Source: an uncultured delta proteobacterium (lineage in GTDB: Bacteria; Desulfobacterota; BSN033; UBA1163). Taken from it: DNA of 64,000 nucleotides. The stretch spans positions 1 through 64,000 of the forward strand of contig CAWHBU010000009.1 of NCBI GenBank assembly GCA_963827685.1, read 5' to 3'. A program made the translations under genes and the position numbers. The notes under the pieces are model-generated. The model saw nothing but the letters and a program-made list of their open reading frames with translations, was not told where the DNA came from and ran no database searches. Positions 1 to 8,560 of this stretch are shown here, piece after piece. The stretch's first letter is position 1. Each line of letters starts with the position of its first letter.

Positions 1-156
1 ACAAAACCCAGCCAGATTAAGCATGCCATGACCGCCAACCAGCGCCCCGATCGAGTCACCCGTCATGAGTTCTGGATGGGCCAATAAAGCCTTCGTCACA
101 GCTTGAAGAATTCTTTCCATTTCCTGCTTCCCTACGCAATCCATCTTGAAATTCAT
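1..156 (-). CDS. 5' part of a CDS running off the window edge; possibly a LarA/DUF2088 lactate-racemase-like protein
   Basis: ATG at 156 preceded by AGGGGG SD; open to base 1: MNFKMDCVGKQEMERILQAVTKALLAHPELMTGDSIGALVGGHGMLNLAGFC. GDSIGALVGGHGM resembles the G-x-x-vAi-x-x-GSRGI motif of LarA-like proteins; lies next to a LarC-like gene. Missing from the ORF track. Confidence 0.4.
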   Translation of the reverse strand, partial: MNFKMDCVGKQEMERILQAVTKALLAHPELMTGDSIGALVGGHGMLNLAGFC

Positions 157-172
157 ATCCCCCTGTGAGCCT

Positions 173-703
173 TCACAGTTTCACCGCAATCCGATTTCTC
201 ACGGACCCTTTCAATCGAGTGTCAATCCGTTTCTTCAGTTCCAAACGCGAGACGGTCATGTTCAATTCTTTTTTGATACGTCGATGCAACACGGCGAGGT
301 CGTCGGATTCAACAAAATGACGGTCTGCCCCTTTGAGAGACGAAAAGGATCGAAGATGGAGGGTCGCTTCCAACATTCTTCCATGGGCGTGCACCACAAG
401 GGAAACTGCCCTTGAGATCCCCTTTGTGAAAACGTGCTTTGTGCTGAAACGATGGTACCCAAAAATGGGCAAAAACTCGGCGACAGAGCCGATTGCCTTG
501 GCCTCCAAACCAGGATCGACATCCAATAGAAGAAGGTATCCGGGTCGACCCTTTTTTGTCAACGTGGGAATAAGATGTCTGTTCTTCAACCCAGGAATCG
601 TGTCCGCCTCTAAGACCCAGCCTATCTCCTCCCCGGAAAGGTGATCCACCTGAAACATCAGGATCACTCCCTGTTCTTCTTTCCTATTCATGGGGAGCTG
701 CAT
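173..703 (-). CDS. LarC-like (DUF111 C-terminal half) nickel-insertion-type protein
   Basis: VDHLSGEEIGWVLE...TLTKKGRPGYLLLL matches the LarC C-terminal motif (iDDmspE.lgy....mKKgRPg.ll). Start 703 or 715; ORF track starts at 790. Confidence 0.6.
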   Translation of the reverse strand: MQLPMNRKEEQGVILMFQVDHLSGEEIGWVLEADTIPGLKNRHLIPTLTKKGRPGYLLLLDVDPGLEAKAIGSVAEFLPIFGYHRFSTKHVFTKGISRAVSLVVHAHGRMLEATLHLRSFSSLKGADRHFVESDDLAVLHRRIKKELNMTVSRLELKKRIDTRLKGSVRNRIAVKL

Positions 704-731
704 CGTTTCACCCATCTTCGAAGGGATGGAT

Positions 732-1217
732 TTACCGCAATTCTCGTCGGGCAAAATAGGCGTCTTTCTCCGGGTCCTTGTAGGTCTCATCCGAATCGAA
801 AAGAAGACCTACCACTTCGCAGGTTGTGAAAGCAATGATCTCCATGCAGCGCGCGATGCGCTGAGGCGAGGAAAAATCGCTGAATACCCGTGTCATCTCA
901 GCGCAAGACGTCGTCCCGTACCGATCCTTAAAACGTTCAACCAGCCTCACTGCCCGGCTCCACGACGGCCTACGACTCATGGTCAGGTCAGTTCGGCCGT
1001 ACTTCAATCCTAGGGCCAACGCCCCTCCTGTGAGGCAACCGCACACCTCTTTCGCAAATCCTAGCCCCGCGCCTAGTGGTGTTGACGCCTTGATCACATC
1101 CTCCGAAACTTCCAGAAACCCGTTCTCCCTCAAACTGAGGAGAATGGTCTCGGGTCAGGTCCACCCTTTTCGATATCTTTCCGCCGCTTCCTGTCCTGCC
1201 TTTTCACCATGAGCCAT
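732..1217 (-). CDS. C-GCAxxG-C-C family redox selenoprotein, Sec at codon 21 (UGA 1155-1157), 161 aa
   Basis: ATG 1217 with AAGGGA SD. MAHGEKAGQEAAERYRKGWT-UGA-PETILLSLRENG continues in frame into ORF 732..1133 (GAGLG...CGCLTGG...C...C). The UGA occupies the family's first conserved Cys position and is followed by a SECIS-like hairpin. Confidence 0.85.
1119..1154 (-). promoter_or_regulatory. Bacterial SECIS element
   Basis: Directly 3' of UGA: CCCG-AGACCA-UUCUC-CUCA-[GUU]-UGAG-G-GAGAA-CGGG; stem-loop with G at the start of the apical loop about 20 nt from the UGA. Confidence 0.75.
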
Positions 1218-1279
1218 TTGGAGAATCCCTTTCGTCTCTTTTTTCGGCACCGTATTCACGAAGCCTCGCGAGACCATTT

Positions 1280-2038
1280 CTACCACCATTTCACGAGTTC
1301 TGTGACGAGCTTCCTCTTCTCGACAAACTTTGGATCGGAATAATCCCTCGGACGAGATAAATCCACCGGAATGGTTGACTTGATATGGGTGGGCTTTTGA
1401 GTGAGGACAATGACCTCTTCTCCTAGGTAGATAGCCTCCTCTAGATTGTGGGTCACATACACAACGGTCGCCTTGATCTCTCTCCACAATTTGAGGACTT
1501 CGTCCATCATATAGAATCTCGTCTTGATGTCCAATTGCCCAAAGGGTTCGTCCATGAGGAGAAGGTCTGGTTTTGTGACAAAGGCTCTTGCAATGGCCAC
1601 TCTTTGCTTCATGCCCGCAGAGATCTGATGAGGGTAGTAGTTGACAAAGTCCTTCAGGCCAACCAGCTCGATAATTCTCGAGACCCTCTCACGGATCTGC
1701 TCTCGACTGTACCCTTTGATCTCCAGGCCGAATTTGATATCGTCCCAAACATTGCGCCATGGCAAGCAAGAAGGCTCCTGGAATACAAAGCTGATGTTAT
1801 GTTTTCTCGGATCGGCTGGCTCCCCGTTGATTTCGACGGTGCCTTTGCTGGGCGGGATCAAGGTAGTGATGAGGTTGCAGAGTGTGGTCTTGCCACATCC
1901 TGTTGGGCCTACAATGCACAGAAAATCATTCTCCTTGACGCTGAAGTTGAGATTATCCAGCACGAGCAGATCGCCAAAAGATTTGCTGAAGTTTGTGAAC
2001 TTGATCTTTTCCCTGTTCCCATGACCTCCGTCGGTCAT
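1280..2038 (-). CDS. NitT/TauT-family ABC transporter ATP-binding protein
   Basis: Walker A GPTGCGKTT, signature ISAGMKQR, Walker B LLLMDEPF, H-loop VTHN. Confidence 0.92.
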   Translation of the reverse strand: MTDGGHGNREKIKFTNFSKSFGDLLVLDNLNFSVKENDFLCIVGPTGCGKTTLCNLITTLIPPSKGTVEINGEPADPRKHNISFVFQEPSCLPWRNVWDDIKFGLEIKGYSREQIRERVSRIIELVGLKDFVNYYPHQISAGMKQRVAIARAFVTKPDLLLMDEPFGQLDIKTRFYMMDEVLKLWREIKATVVYVTHNLEEAIYLGEEVIVLTQKPTHIKSTIPVDLSRPRDYSDPKFVEKRKLVTELVKWW

Positions 2039-2790
2039 ATCATCACCTCGTAAAAAACTGTAATCTCTTTTCGAATGGAGAGAAACTTCTGGTCCGTAAG
2101 ATCTCTCGGCCTTTGGAGCTTGATTGGAATCTCCGCTTTGATGATGGCTGGAGGAGGGGATAAGACAAAGACCCTTTCACCTAAATAGACCGCCTCCTCC
2201 ACATTATTCGTTACAAAAATCACCGTCCTTTTCATCTGTTCCCAAATTCTCAAAATTTCTATCTGCATGTAGTATCGCGTCTGGGCATCGAGATGACCGA
2301 AAGGTTCATCCATAAGGAGGAGGTCCGGCTGGGTCACAAAGGCCCTAGCAATGGCCACACGTTGTTTCATGCCTCCTGAAATTTGATGGGGGTAATACCT
2401 TTCAAACCCCGTGAGCCCAACGATTTCAATGATCTTTTTGACCCTTTCCTGGATCTCGTCTTGGCTATAGCCCTTGATCTCCAAACCAAATTTGATATCG
2501 TTCCACAGGGTCCTCCAGGGTAGACAGGAAGGCTCTTGGAAAACGAAACTCACATTCTGTTTCGCCGGGTCGATCGGTTCCCCGTCCATGGTCACCTGAC
2601 CCTTCGTTGGAGGAATGAGCCCTGCGATGATCTGCAAAAGGACGGTTTTCCCACACCCGCTTGGACCAACGATGCAAACGAATTCGTTTTCTGCTATCGT
2701 AAAATGGATATTTTGAAGGACGTGGAAATCTCCGAAGTATTTATCAACGTGAACCTTTATTTTTTCCTTTGTCACCATAACATCTTTCAT
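2035..2790 (-). CDS. NitT/TauT-family ABC transporter ATP-binding protein (paralog with H-loop Asn)
   Basis: GPSGCGKTV, ISGGMKQR, LLLMDEPF, VTNN. Start placed at 2790 (ATGA overlap with the permease stop). Confidence 0.92.
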   Translation of the reverse strand: MKDVMVTKEKIKVHVDKYFGDFHVLQNIHFTIAENEFVCIVGPSGCGKTVLLQIIAGLIPPTKGQVTMDGEPIDPAKQNVSFVFQEPSCLPWRTLWNDIKFGLEIKGYSQDEIQERVKKIIEIVGLTGFERYYPHQISGGMKQRVAIARAFVTQPDLLLMDEPFGHLDAQTRYYMQIEILRIWEQMKRTVIFVTNNVEEAVYLGERVFVLSPPPAIIKAEIPIKLQRPRDLTDQKFLSIRKEITVFYEVMI

Positions 2791-3638
2791 AGGGACACTT
2801 CCCATCTCCACCTGAACATCCTCTTCTCGACCTGGAGCAAGATCTCATTCATCAAGAAGCCGATGACGCCAATGATGAGCATTCCTGAGATGACCGGTGC
2901 CAGTTGGAGCAATTCCGCATATTTTAAGATCAATCGTCCTACGCCGACGGCCTCCCCCCCAATCATCTCCGCCGCGACGATGCACATCCACGCCATTCCA
3001 AGACCTACCCTCATTCCCGAAGTAATGTCAGGTAAAACGGATGGAACGACAATCTTGGTCACCCTTGTATTCTTGCCTGCTCCAAACACTTTCGCCACGT
3101 TCATGTAGACTTGATTCACTCTCCCGACCCCGACCAGGGTGTTGATCCATATCGGGAAAAAAGCCCCCAGCCAGATCAAAAAGACATAACGGGAAAAGCC
3201 GACTAAGATGACAATAGACATCGGGATCCATGCAATGGGTGGGATGAAACGGATAGGTTCAATGACCGCTCTTGTTCTCGTGTAAAGTTTCGGGAAAAGC
3301 CCCATCAAAATCCCCAGAGGGATGCCCAACACACAAGATAACCCAAAACCGCACAAAATCCGTATTATGCTCGCGGTAATGTGTTTGGATAGGGTAAACC
3401 CCTCGATATCCCCGAATTGAATGAGCCTCAAGGTTGCATTCCAGACTTTAATCGGCGTAGGCACGAAGGGGGAATTCACCACCATTGCAACGGTCGTCCA
3501 TAGGACCAAGGCGAAAAAGACATTGACCGTGTTGAAGGCGATGTCATGTTTTAGAATCTTATGGAGTGCGTTAGAAGGGGTTTTCGCCGCAACAGCGACC
3601 TTGCTTTCAACCACCTCTAGAGAAGGATTTTTTGCCAT
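2787..3638 (-). CDS. NitT/TauT-family ABC transporter permease
   Basis: Multiple TM helices; IPPIAWIP motif, EAA-like loop (VAKVFGA), AWMCIVAAEM. Confidence 0.92.
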   Translation of the reverse strand: MAKNPSLEVVESKVAVAAKTPSNALHKILKHDIAFNTVNVFFALVLWTTVAMVVNSPFVPTPIKVWNATLRLIQFGDIEGFTLSKHITASIIRILCGFGLSCVLGIPLGILMGLFPKLYTRTRAVIEPIRFIPPIAWIPMSIVILVGFSRYVFLIWLGAFFPIWINTLVGVGRVNQVYMNVAKVFGAGKNTRVTKIVVPSVLPDITSGMRVGLGMAWMCIVAAEMIGGEAVGVGRLILKYAELLQLAPVISGMLIIGVIGFLMNEILLQVEKRMFRWRWEVSL

Positions 3639-3755
3639 TCGTCATTCCCTCCGTTCCATCCAATACTTTTCAAATGTTGTACAAGGCAGTGAGAGATCGA
3701 TCATCCCTTTGCCCAGAGGAAGACCTGAGGCAAGGGAATGATCGACAGTTACAGT

Positions 3756-4772
3756 CTACCTCTTCACACCCTCTTTTTCCAATTTGGCGATGTAGCCGTC
3801 GCTCACTAATTTCTTCTCGAAAGATGTATCGTACATTGCATTCCACCAGGCATCCATGTTCGGCTTGATGGCATCCACCTCTATCTTTTTCGCATCCATG
3901 ATCCCCTTCAAGAGGACTTTTGAGGTCTCCCCATTCACATAAAGCGGCCATGGATAGATCATATTCCCGTAGGCCTCCTGCAAAACGTCTTCCTCCACGC
4001 CAGAGTATTTTGCGATGATCTTTAAAGCGGCCTCCTTGTGGTCCCTGATGTACTTGGTGGCTCTTGCACTGACCTTCATAACCTTATAGATGGCATCCCT
4101 GTTCTGCTTGATGTATTTTGAGCTGGTCACTAATACGCAACACTGCTGGTCTGGAAGAATCTGATCAGAAGTAAACAACCTTTTAAATCCTGCCATCTTC
4201 ATGACCCGGGTTGGGTGGGGCTCGTAACACATAATCCCTTTCACCTCCTTGTTCTTAGCAAAGATCGGCATATCGGTCGGTTTGATCGTCTCTTTTTTGA
4301 CGGGGGTCTTATATTTCTCTTCCAACAGGGTGAGCAAGGTGTGGTGATTTGAACCAATCCCGGGATTCCCTACGGGCAGGCCTTTCAGGTCTTCGAATTT
4401 CTTAATGCTTGGATCAACCACAAGGGAAGATCCACCGTGGTTCTGACTCCCGATGATGATGACGTCAGTACCCGCTGCTCTGGCGATCATGGCCCCGGAG
4501 ACTCCCGGAATCCCGATGTCCATTTCATTGGCTCCGAAGTGCTGCATCATGATCCCGGCCCCGGCGTATTGGAGCGGTACGACCTCTATCCCCTCCTCGG
4601 CAAAGTACCCTTTATCTATGCCAATCGGGAGGAAGTACTGGTGGAGTTGGTCTGAGACCAGATATCCGATGCGCACTTTCTGTTTCTGTTGCGCGAAGGT
4701 CTCATCGGTCATGAAACAAAAGGCCGCTAAAACAAACATGATAAGAACCAGCAATAGTCTCTTTCTTTGCAT
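3756..4772 (-). CDS. NitT/TauT (NMT1/SsuA-like) ABC substrate-binding protein
   Basis: Signal peptide; VRIGYL..DQLHQ, DLKG, YEP and QQCCVL motifs. Confidence 0.88.
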   Translation of the reverse strand: MQRKRLLLVLIMFVLAAFCFMTDETFAQQKQKVRIGYLVSDQLHQYFLPIGIDKGYFAEEGIEVVPLQYAGAGIMMQHFGANEMDIGIPGVSGAMIARAAGTDVIIIGSQNHGGSSLVVDPSIKKFEDLKGLPVGNPGIGSNHHTLLTLLEEKYKTPVKKETIKPTDMPIFAKNKEVKGIMCYEPHPTRVMKMAGFKRLFTSDQILPDQQCCVLVTSSKYIKQNRDAIYKVMKVSARATKYIRDHKEAALKIIAKYSGVEEDVLQEAYGNMIYPWPLYVNGETSKVLLKGIMDAKKIEVDAIKPNMDAWWNAMYDTSFEKKLVSDGYIAKLEKEGVKR

Positions 4773-4869
4773 AAGTCTATTCCTCCTTTTTAGTTTGGTG
4801 TCCGCCCTTAAATGTGCCCCGTTGCTCCTAATTTCCGACTATTAGCTTATTTAGGCTGAATGGTCTTTC

Positions 4870-5220
4870 TCAGAAGACTCGGGCCGCTTGAATCAAGACA
4901 TTCGCCCCAAGGGCATCCCCAATAGATCCAGTGATAGTGACCTCTTTGGTGATAAACGCCCCGATAATTGGTAAGTTCCCCATAAACAAGTCACTCACAG
5001 CCTTCTGACTTCCCTCGATAATCACATCCGCCTTAGGCATTTTTCCCCTTGCTACCTTTACAATCTTCGTCCCATCTACTGAAAAATAGAAGGGAATCTC
5101 CTTTTTGCCATTTTTGACAATGAACTGGATCGACTTCTTCCAGCCGGGAAATTCCGTGCCAATATCCACCTTTTTGTTAATTCTACGAATCTGAACTAAG
5201 AAATCTTTCTCTTCCATCAT
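4870..5220 (-). CDS. SCP2 sterol/lipid-binding domain protein
   Basis: 116 aa; ADVIIEGS...LFMG...AFITKEVTITGSIGDA is an SCP2-like C-terminal pattern. Confidence 0.7.
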   Translation of the reverse strand: MMEEKDFLVQIRRINKKVDIGTEFPGWKKSIQFIVKNGKKEIPFYFSVDGTKIVKVARGKMPKADVIIEGSQKAVSDLFMGNLPIIGAFITKEVTITGSIGDALGANVLIQAARVF

Positions 5221-5234
5221 GGCGCAAGCTCCTC

Positions 5235-5552
5235 TTAGGTTTTTTTGTAAATTTTCTTCGGTAGCCGGATCTTCTCAAGCGTTATCGTAATCGCTCCATC
5301 CTTGGACTTGGGACAGACCTCCGCACACCTCATGCATCCTGTACAAAGCGAGGGGAAGGTAGCAATTGGAATCCACTGTTTCGAATTCTCTGTATGCCCT
5401 TCCGCAATAGCCGTATAACAACGCAAGACGTGGGGAGCACAGGCCTGCAAGCACTTACCGCAGTCCAGCGCTCCCAAACAGGCTTCCATATCGAACTCAA
5501 TCCTCGGGTGCACCTTCTCATAGGTCTTAATTTCCATGTGTGAAAAACTCAT
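5235..5552 (-). CDS. 4Fe-4S dicluster ferredoxin-like protein
   Basis: CLGALDCGKCLQAC and CTGCMRCAEVCP; ATG 5552 overlaps the upstream TAA. Confidence 0.85.
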   Translation of the reverse strand: MSFSHMEIKTYEKVHPRIEFDMEACLGALDCGKCLQACAPHVLRCYTAIAEGHTENSKQWIPIATFPSLCTGCMRCAEVCPKSKDGAITITLEKIRLPKKIYKKT

Positions 5553-6409
5553 TACCATACCTCCTGCAATGTTGGGATTTTCTCTCGTTCTAACATCGTG
5601 ATGGCGTCTGCCGGGCAAACCCTCATGCACTGGGCACAGCCAAAACACATTTCTTGTTTCAAAATGGCCTTCTCATAAGTGGGAGAATAGCTAATGGCTT
5701 TGAACTGGCAAACCTCGATGCACTCTTTGCACCCTGTGCACTTATCCAAATCCAAACTGGCCACATAATGTCCTTTCTTTAGGATTCCGGTAATACCCCA
5801 ATCCAGCCTCCACTGAAGCCAAACACAAACTGGATACTCGCAATTACATAATTTCGACATGTAGGCTGGGGACCCGACATAAGAGGCATTGTGGCACAAA
5901 CCGGCATCGGAACATTTCTCCAGGTGCTCCTTAGCCTCTTCTGCAGAAACCGTCTCGATCTTGTGCTCCTTCCAGATCCGTTCCGGATGTTCGTGGTACA
6001 TGCTAGCATAAGCTGAGATCCCAAGGCAAAGGGTGTTTTCAGGGCTAATATATTTCCCACCCCTCTTGTACTTCCTGCAGGTGCAGGCCAATTTCACAAA
6101 CCCCCCCTTCACATCCGCCACATCGCACATATCCTTGGCCTCATCCAAAGTAACAATCTGTGAGGAATGATACTTGGAAAAACCTTCTTCCCAATCATTG
6201 TCTGCAAGCTTCTCCAGCCTCGGACTCAACCGGGTTTTAAGTTCGTCCACCTCACCGGAGACAGGTCCCCAGAGTTTGGCTTGAACGGTTCTGTAGTTTG
6301 CATTCCACTCTTTTAACCAGTCCTCCATTTCGTCAAACTTTCGAACGTAGTTTCTAACCTCCATGTACCACTTCTTCCCCTTTCCATGCTCCGTGCACCA
6401 TTCACACAT
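5552..6409 (-). CDS. Cys-rich 4Fe-4S binding protein
   Basis: N-terminal MCEWCTEHG; CTCR, CLG, CNCEYPVC; C-terminal CTGCKECIEVC and CFGCAQCMRVCP. Confidence 0.85.
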   Translation of the reverse strand: MCEWCTEHGKGKKWYMEVRNYVRKFDEMEDWLKEWNANYRTVQAKLWGPVSGEVDELKTRLSPRLEKLADNDWEEGFSKYHSSQIVTLDEAKDMCDVADVKGGFVKLACTCRKYKRGGKYISPENTLCLGISAYASMYHEHPERIWKEHKIETVSAEEAKEHLEKCSDAGLCHNASYVGSPAYMSKLCNCEYPVCVWLQWRLDWGITGILKKGHYVASLDLDKCTGCKECIEVCQFKAISYSPTYEKAILKQEMCFGCAQCMRVCPADAITMLEREKIPTLQEVW

Positions 6410-6639
6410 ATTTTGCGCTCCCTTCCATGAGTTTTACATTAAGGTTTACATTGCCCCGAATACTTATCACCTACCAACTCATCTCCACGTCTCGATTAAA
6501 CACACTTTCTCTCCCAAGTTGAGGAAAGCCTCCGTTTTCACCTCCTTTCTTCTGCCTAAAAACAGTCTCATTCCGACCTTTTGACTCGTTCCTGGCCGCG
6601 GGAGCCGTTCAGGGCAGTCCAATGTCTTACTTTCAGGCT

Positions 6640-6668
6640 AATTGTATACATATACAATTTTTTGTCAA
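6640..6668 (-). promoter_or_regulatory. Sigma70 promoter overlapped by a palindromic operator (GntR-like)
   Basis: Minus strand TTGACA-16 nt-TACAAT; inverted repeat AATTGTATA-CA-TATACAATT (6640-6659) covers the spacer and -10. Confidence 0.7.
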
Positions 6669-6983
6669 GCAAAAAATTCACCTCGGCCACTCCGAGTTTT
6701 CTTTTAAGTGAGTTTTCCTTGCCCATCCTACTTTTTTGATATCCAGGATTCCCTTGCCAAACCCTGAGAAGTGTCCTGAAATGCTTTAGTGCATAAGGGC
6801 TTGAAGACCGGCCTGGCCGAGTCGGCAGAAAGGCTTTGCTCCAAACGAGAAAGCAAATCTTCAGCCACGGTTTCAACACAGGCTGAAAATCTGAAGTGAC
6901 CTATTTTAATATGGGAATTCATGCTATTTAACGAAACGAATTTTTGCCCTGATCCTTAAGAGACCTCGACAGATGGTATAAGG

Positions 6984-8159
6984 GTGATGCCTTCACTAGG
7001 ATTCCTATTTCTGAAAGTCCTTAGGTTAGGAGCAACAGCCTACGGCGGTCCGGGGATGATCAGCCAAATCAAGGAAACATTTGTAAACAAATACCGCTGG
7101 GTAGAAGAAGGCGATTTCATGCGAGGGTTAGCCCTTTGCCAGTTGATCCCTGGTGCCACCATGGTCCAGATGGTGACCTATTCGAGCTATCGCATCAGAG
7201 GAGTGTGGGGGGCTGTCGTCGGAGCCCTTGCTTTTGTACTCCCCTCTTTTTTTGTCATGCTCCTTCTCTCAGCGATCTATTTTAAGCTGCACGCCTTATA
7301 TCTTATGCAAGCCCTCTTCAGAGGCTTAGGGGCCATTGTAGTCGCCATCGTCTTCAATACTTGTATCACTTTTGGCAGAACCATACTAAAAGATTGGAAG
7401 ACTCCTCTCATTTCTCTCGTATCCTTTGTTGGTTTTTTCATGAAGTGGAACATTCTCTTGATCTTCTTTTTAGCCGCTATATCTGGTCTTCTTCTCCGGC
7501 CCAAGACTTACCCCAAACCTGCTCCCTTTGGCGAAAGATCTTATGGCAGGTTGATCAGACGGAAGGAACTCCTTGCTCTCAGTATTCTTGCGGCATGTAT
7601 CCTCGGAATTTTGGCGATCAGTTATGTGGTCGACCTCCGACTCGCGACGCTCTTTCTTAGCCTCACTAAGATTGGCGCCCTCGCATTCGGTGGCGGGTAT
7701 ACCGCTATCGCCTTGATCCAGTATGAAATGATTGACCGATCTCATTGGCTTGCTACAAAGGAGTTTTTGGATGGCATTGCACTTGGCCAGGTGACCCCCG
7801 GTCCAGTGCTGATTACAGCCACGTTCGTCGGTTATAAGATCTCCGGCCTTTTAGGAGCCTTTATGGCCACCCTTGGAGCCTTTTTCCCTTCCTTCTTCAT
7901 TCTCATTCTCTTAATTCCATATCACTATCGACTGGGCCAGGTGGAAAAGGTTCGGTTCATGGAACAGGGTGTTCTTGGCTCATTTGTTGGGATACTCGCT
8001 CTGGTCCTCTTTAATTTCGGAAGAGCCTCTTTCGTTGATATTCAAAGTATTCTAATAGCGATTGGAGCTTTTTTCGCCATTCATAAAAAGATTGGCCTTC
8101 CCTACGTCCTCACTGTTGGCGCAGTTGTGTCCGTTATTGTTTTTGGTCTCTTGAAATAA
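6984..8159 (+). CDS. chrA: Chromate efflux transporter (long-chain CHR)
   Basis: Two CHR halves: GATAYGGP...LCQLIPG and GALAFGGG...GQVTPGP. Confidence 0.9.
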   Translation: MMPSLGFLFLKVLRLGATAYGGPGMISQIKETFVNKYRWVEEGDFMRGLALCQLIPGATMVQMVTYSSYRIRGVWGAVVGALAFVLPSFFVMLLLSAIYFKLHALYLMQALFRGLGAIVVAIVFNTCITFGRTILKDWKTPLISLVSFVGFFMKWNILLIFFLAAISGLLLRPKTYPKPAPFGERSYGRLIRRKELLALSILAACILGILAISYVVDLRLATLFLSLTKIGALAFGGGYTAIALIQYEMIDRSHWLATKEFLDGIALGQVTPGPVLITATFVGYKISGLLGAFMATLGAFFPSFFILILLIPYHYRLGQVEKVRFMEQGVLGSFVGILALVLFNFGRASFVDIQSILIAIGAFFAIHKKIGLPYVLTVGAVVSVIVFGLLK

Positions 8160-8560
8160 GCCCTTCAATCCCATTTATGTTAAGGAAATTCTTCCGCACG
8201 CTTTGGCAGCTGGCCTCTGCGGGATATGGCCTGATAACATCGGCTCTTGTCGTCGTCTCACTCAGACCCTTCTCACTCCGGCTAGATCAGCCTGTGGGCT
8301 AAGGCGGGCCCGTTGGGTAGCCAGAAATACCATGAAAAACATACGATGAAAAAGGGCTTGACTCCTCTCCCTCTTTTTAGTACAGTCCTTACTCAAGATA
8401 CCCTTGGGTAGAGACATTTAACAAAAGTCTAATTATATGTTTTCGGCAATAAGGAAAAGATGAGTCAAGGGAGGTGAAAAAAGCGTCAATGTGAAGTTAA
8501 AGGAAGCTGGGGAAGCGATTTTGTGGTGTTCGCCATGAATTTTAAAAAGGGGGTGCAAGA

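Noticed and set aside
1155-1487. 110-aa ORF as an independent gene
   Set aside because: Mostly a shadow of the ATPase in another frame; only its last 20 codons are real, as the selenoprotein N-terminus.
8270-8332. Possible c-di-GMP-I riboswitch upstream of the exporter
   Set aside because: Only a loose GCC..GGCTAAG..GGTAGCC resemblance; the GGCAAA/GAAA/GCAAAG core is missing. An Rfam scan would settle it.
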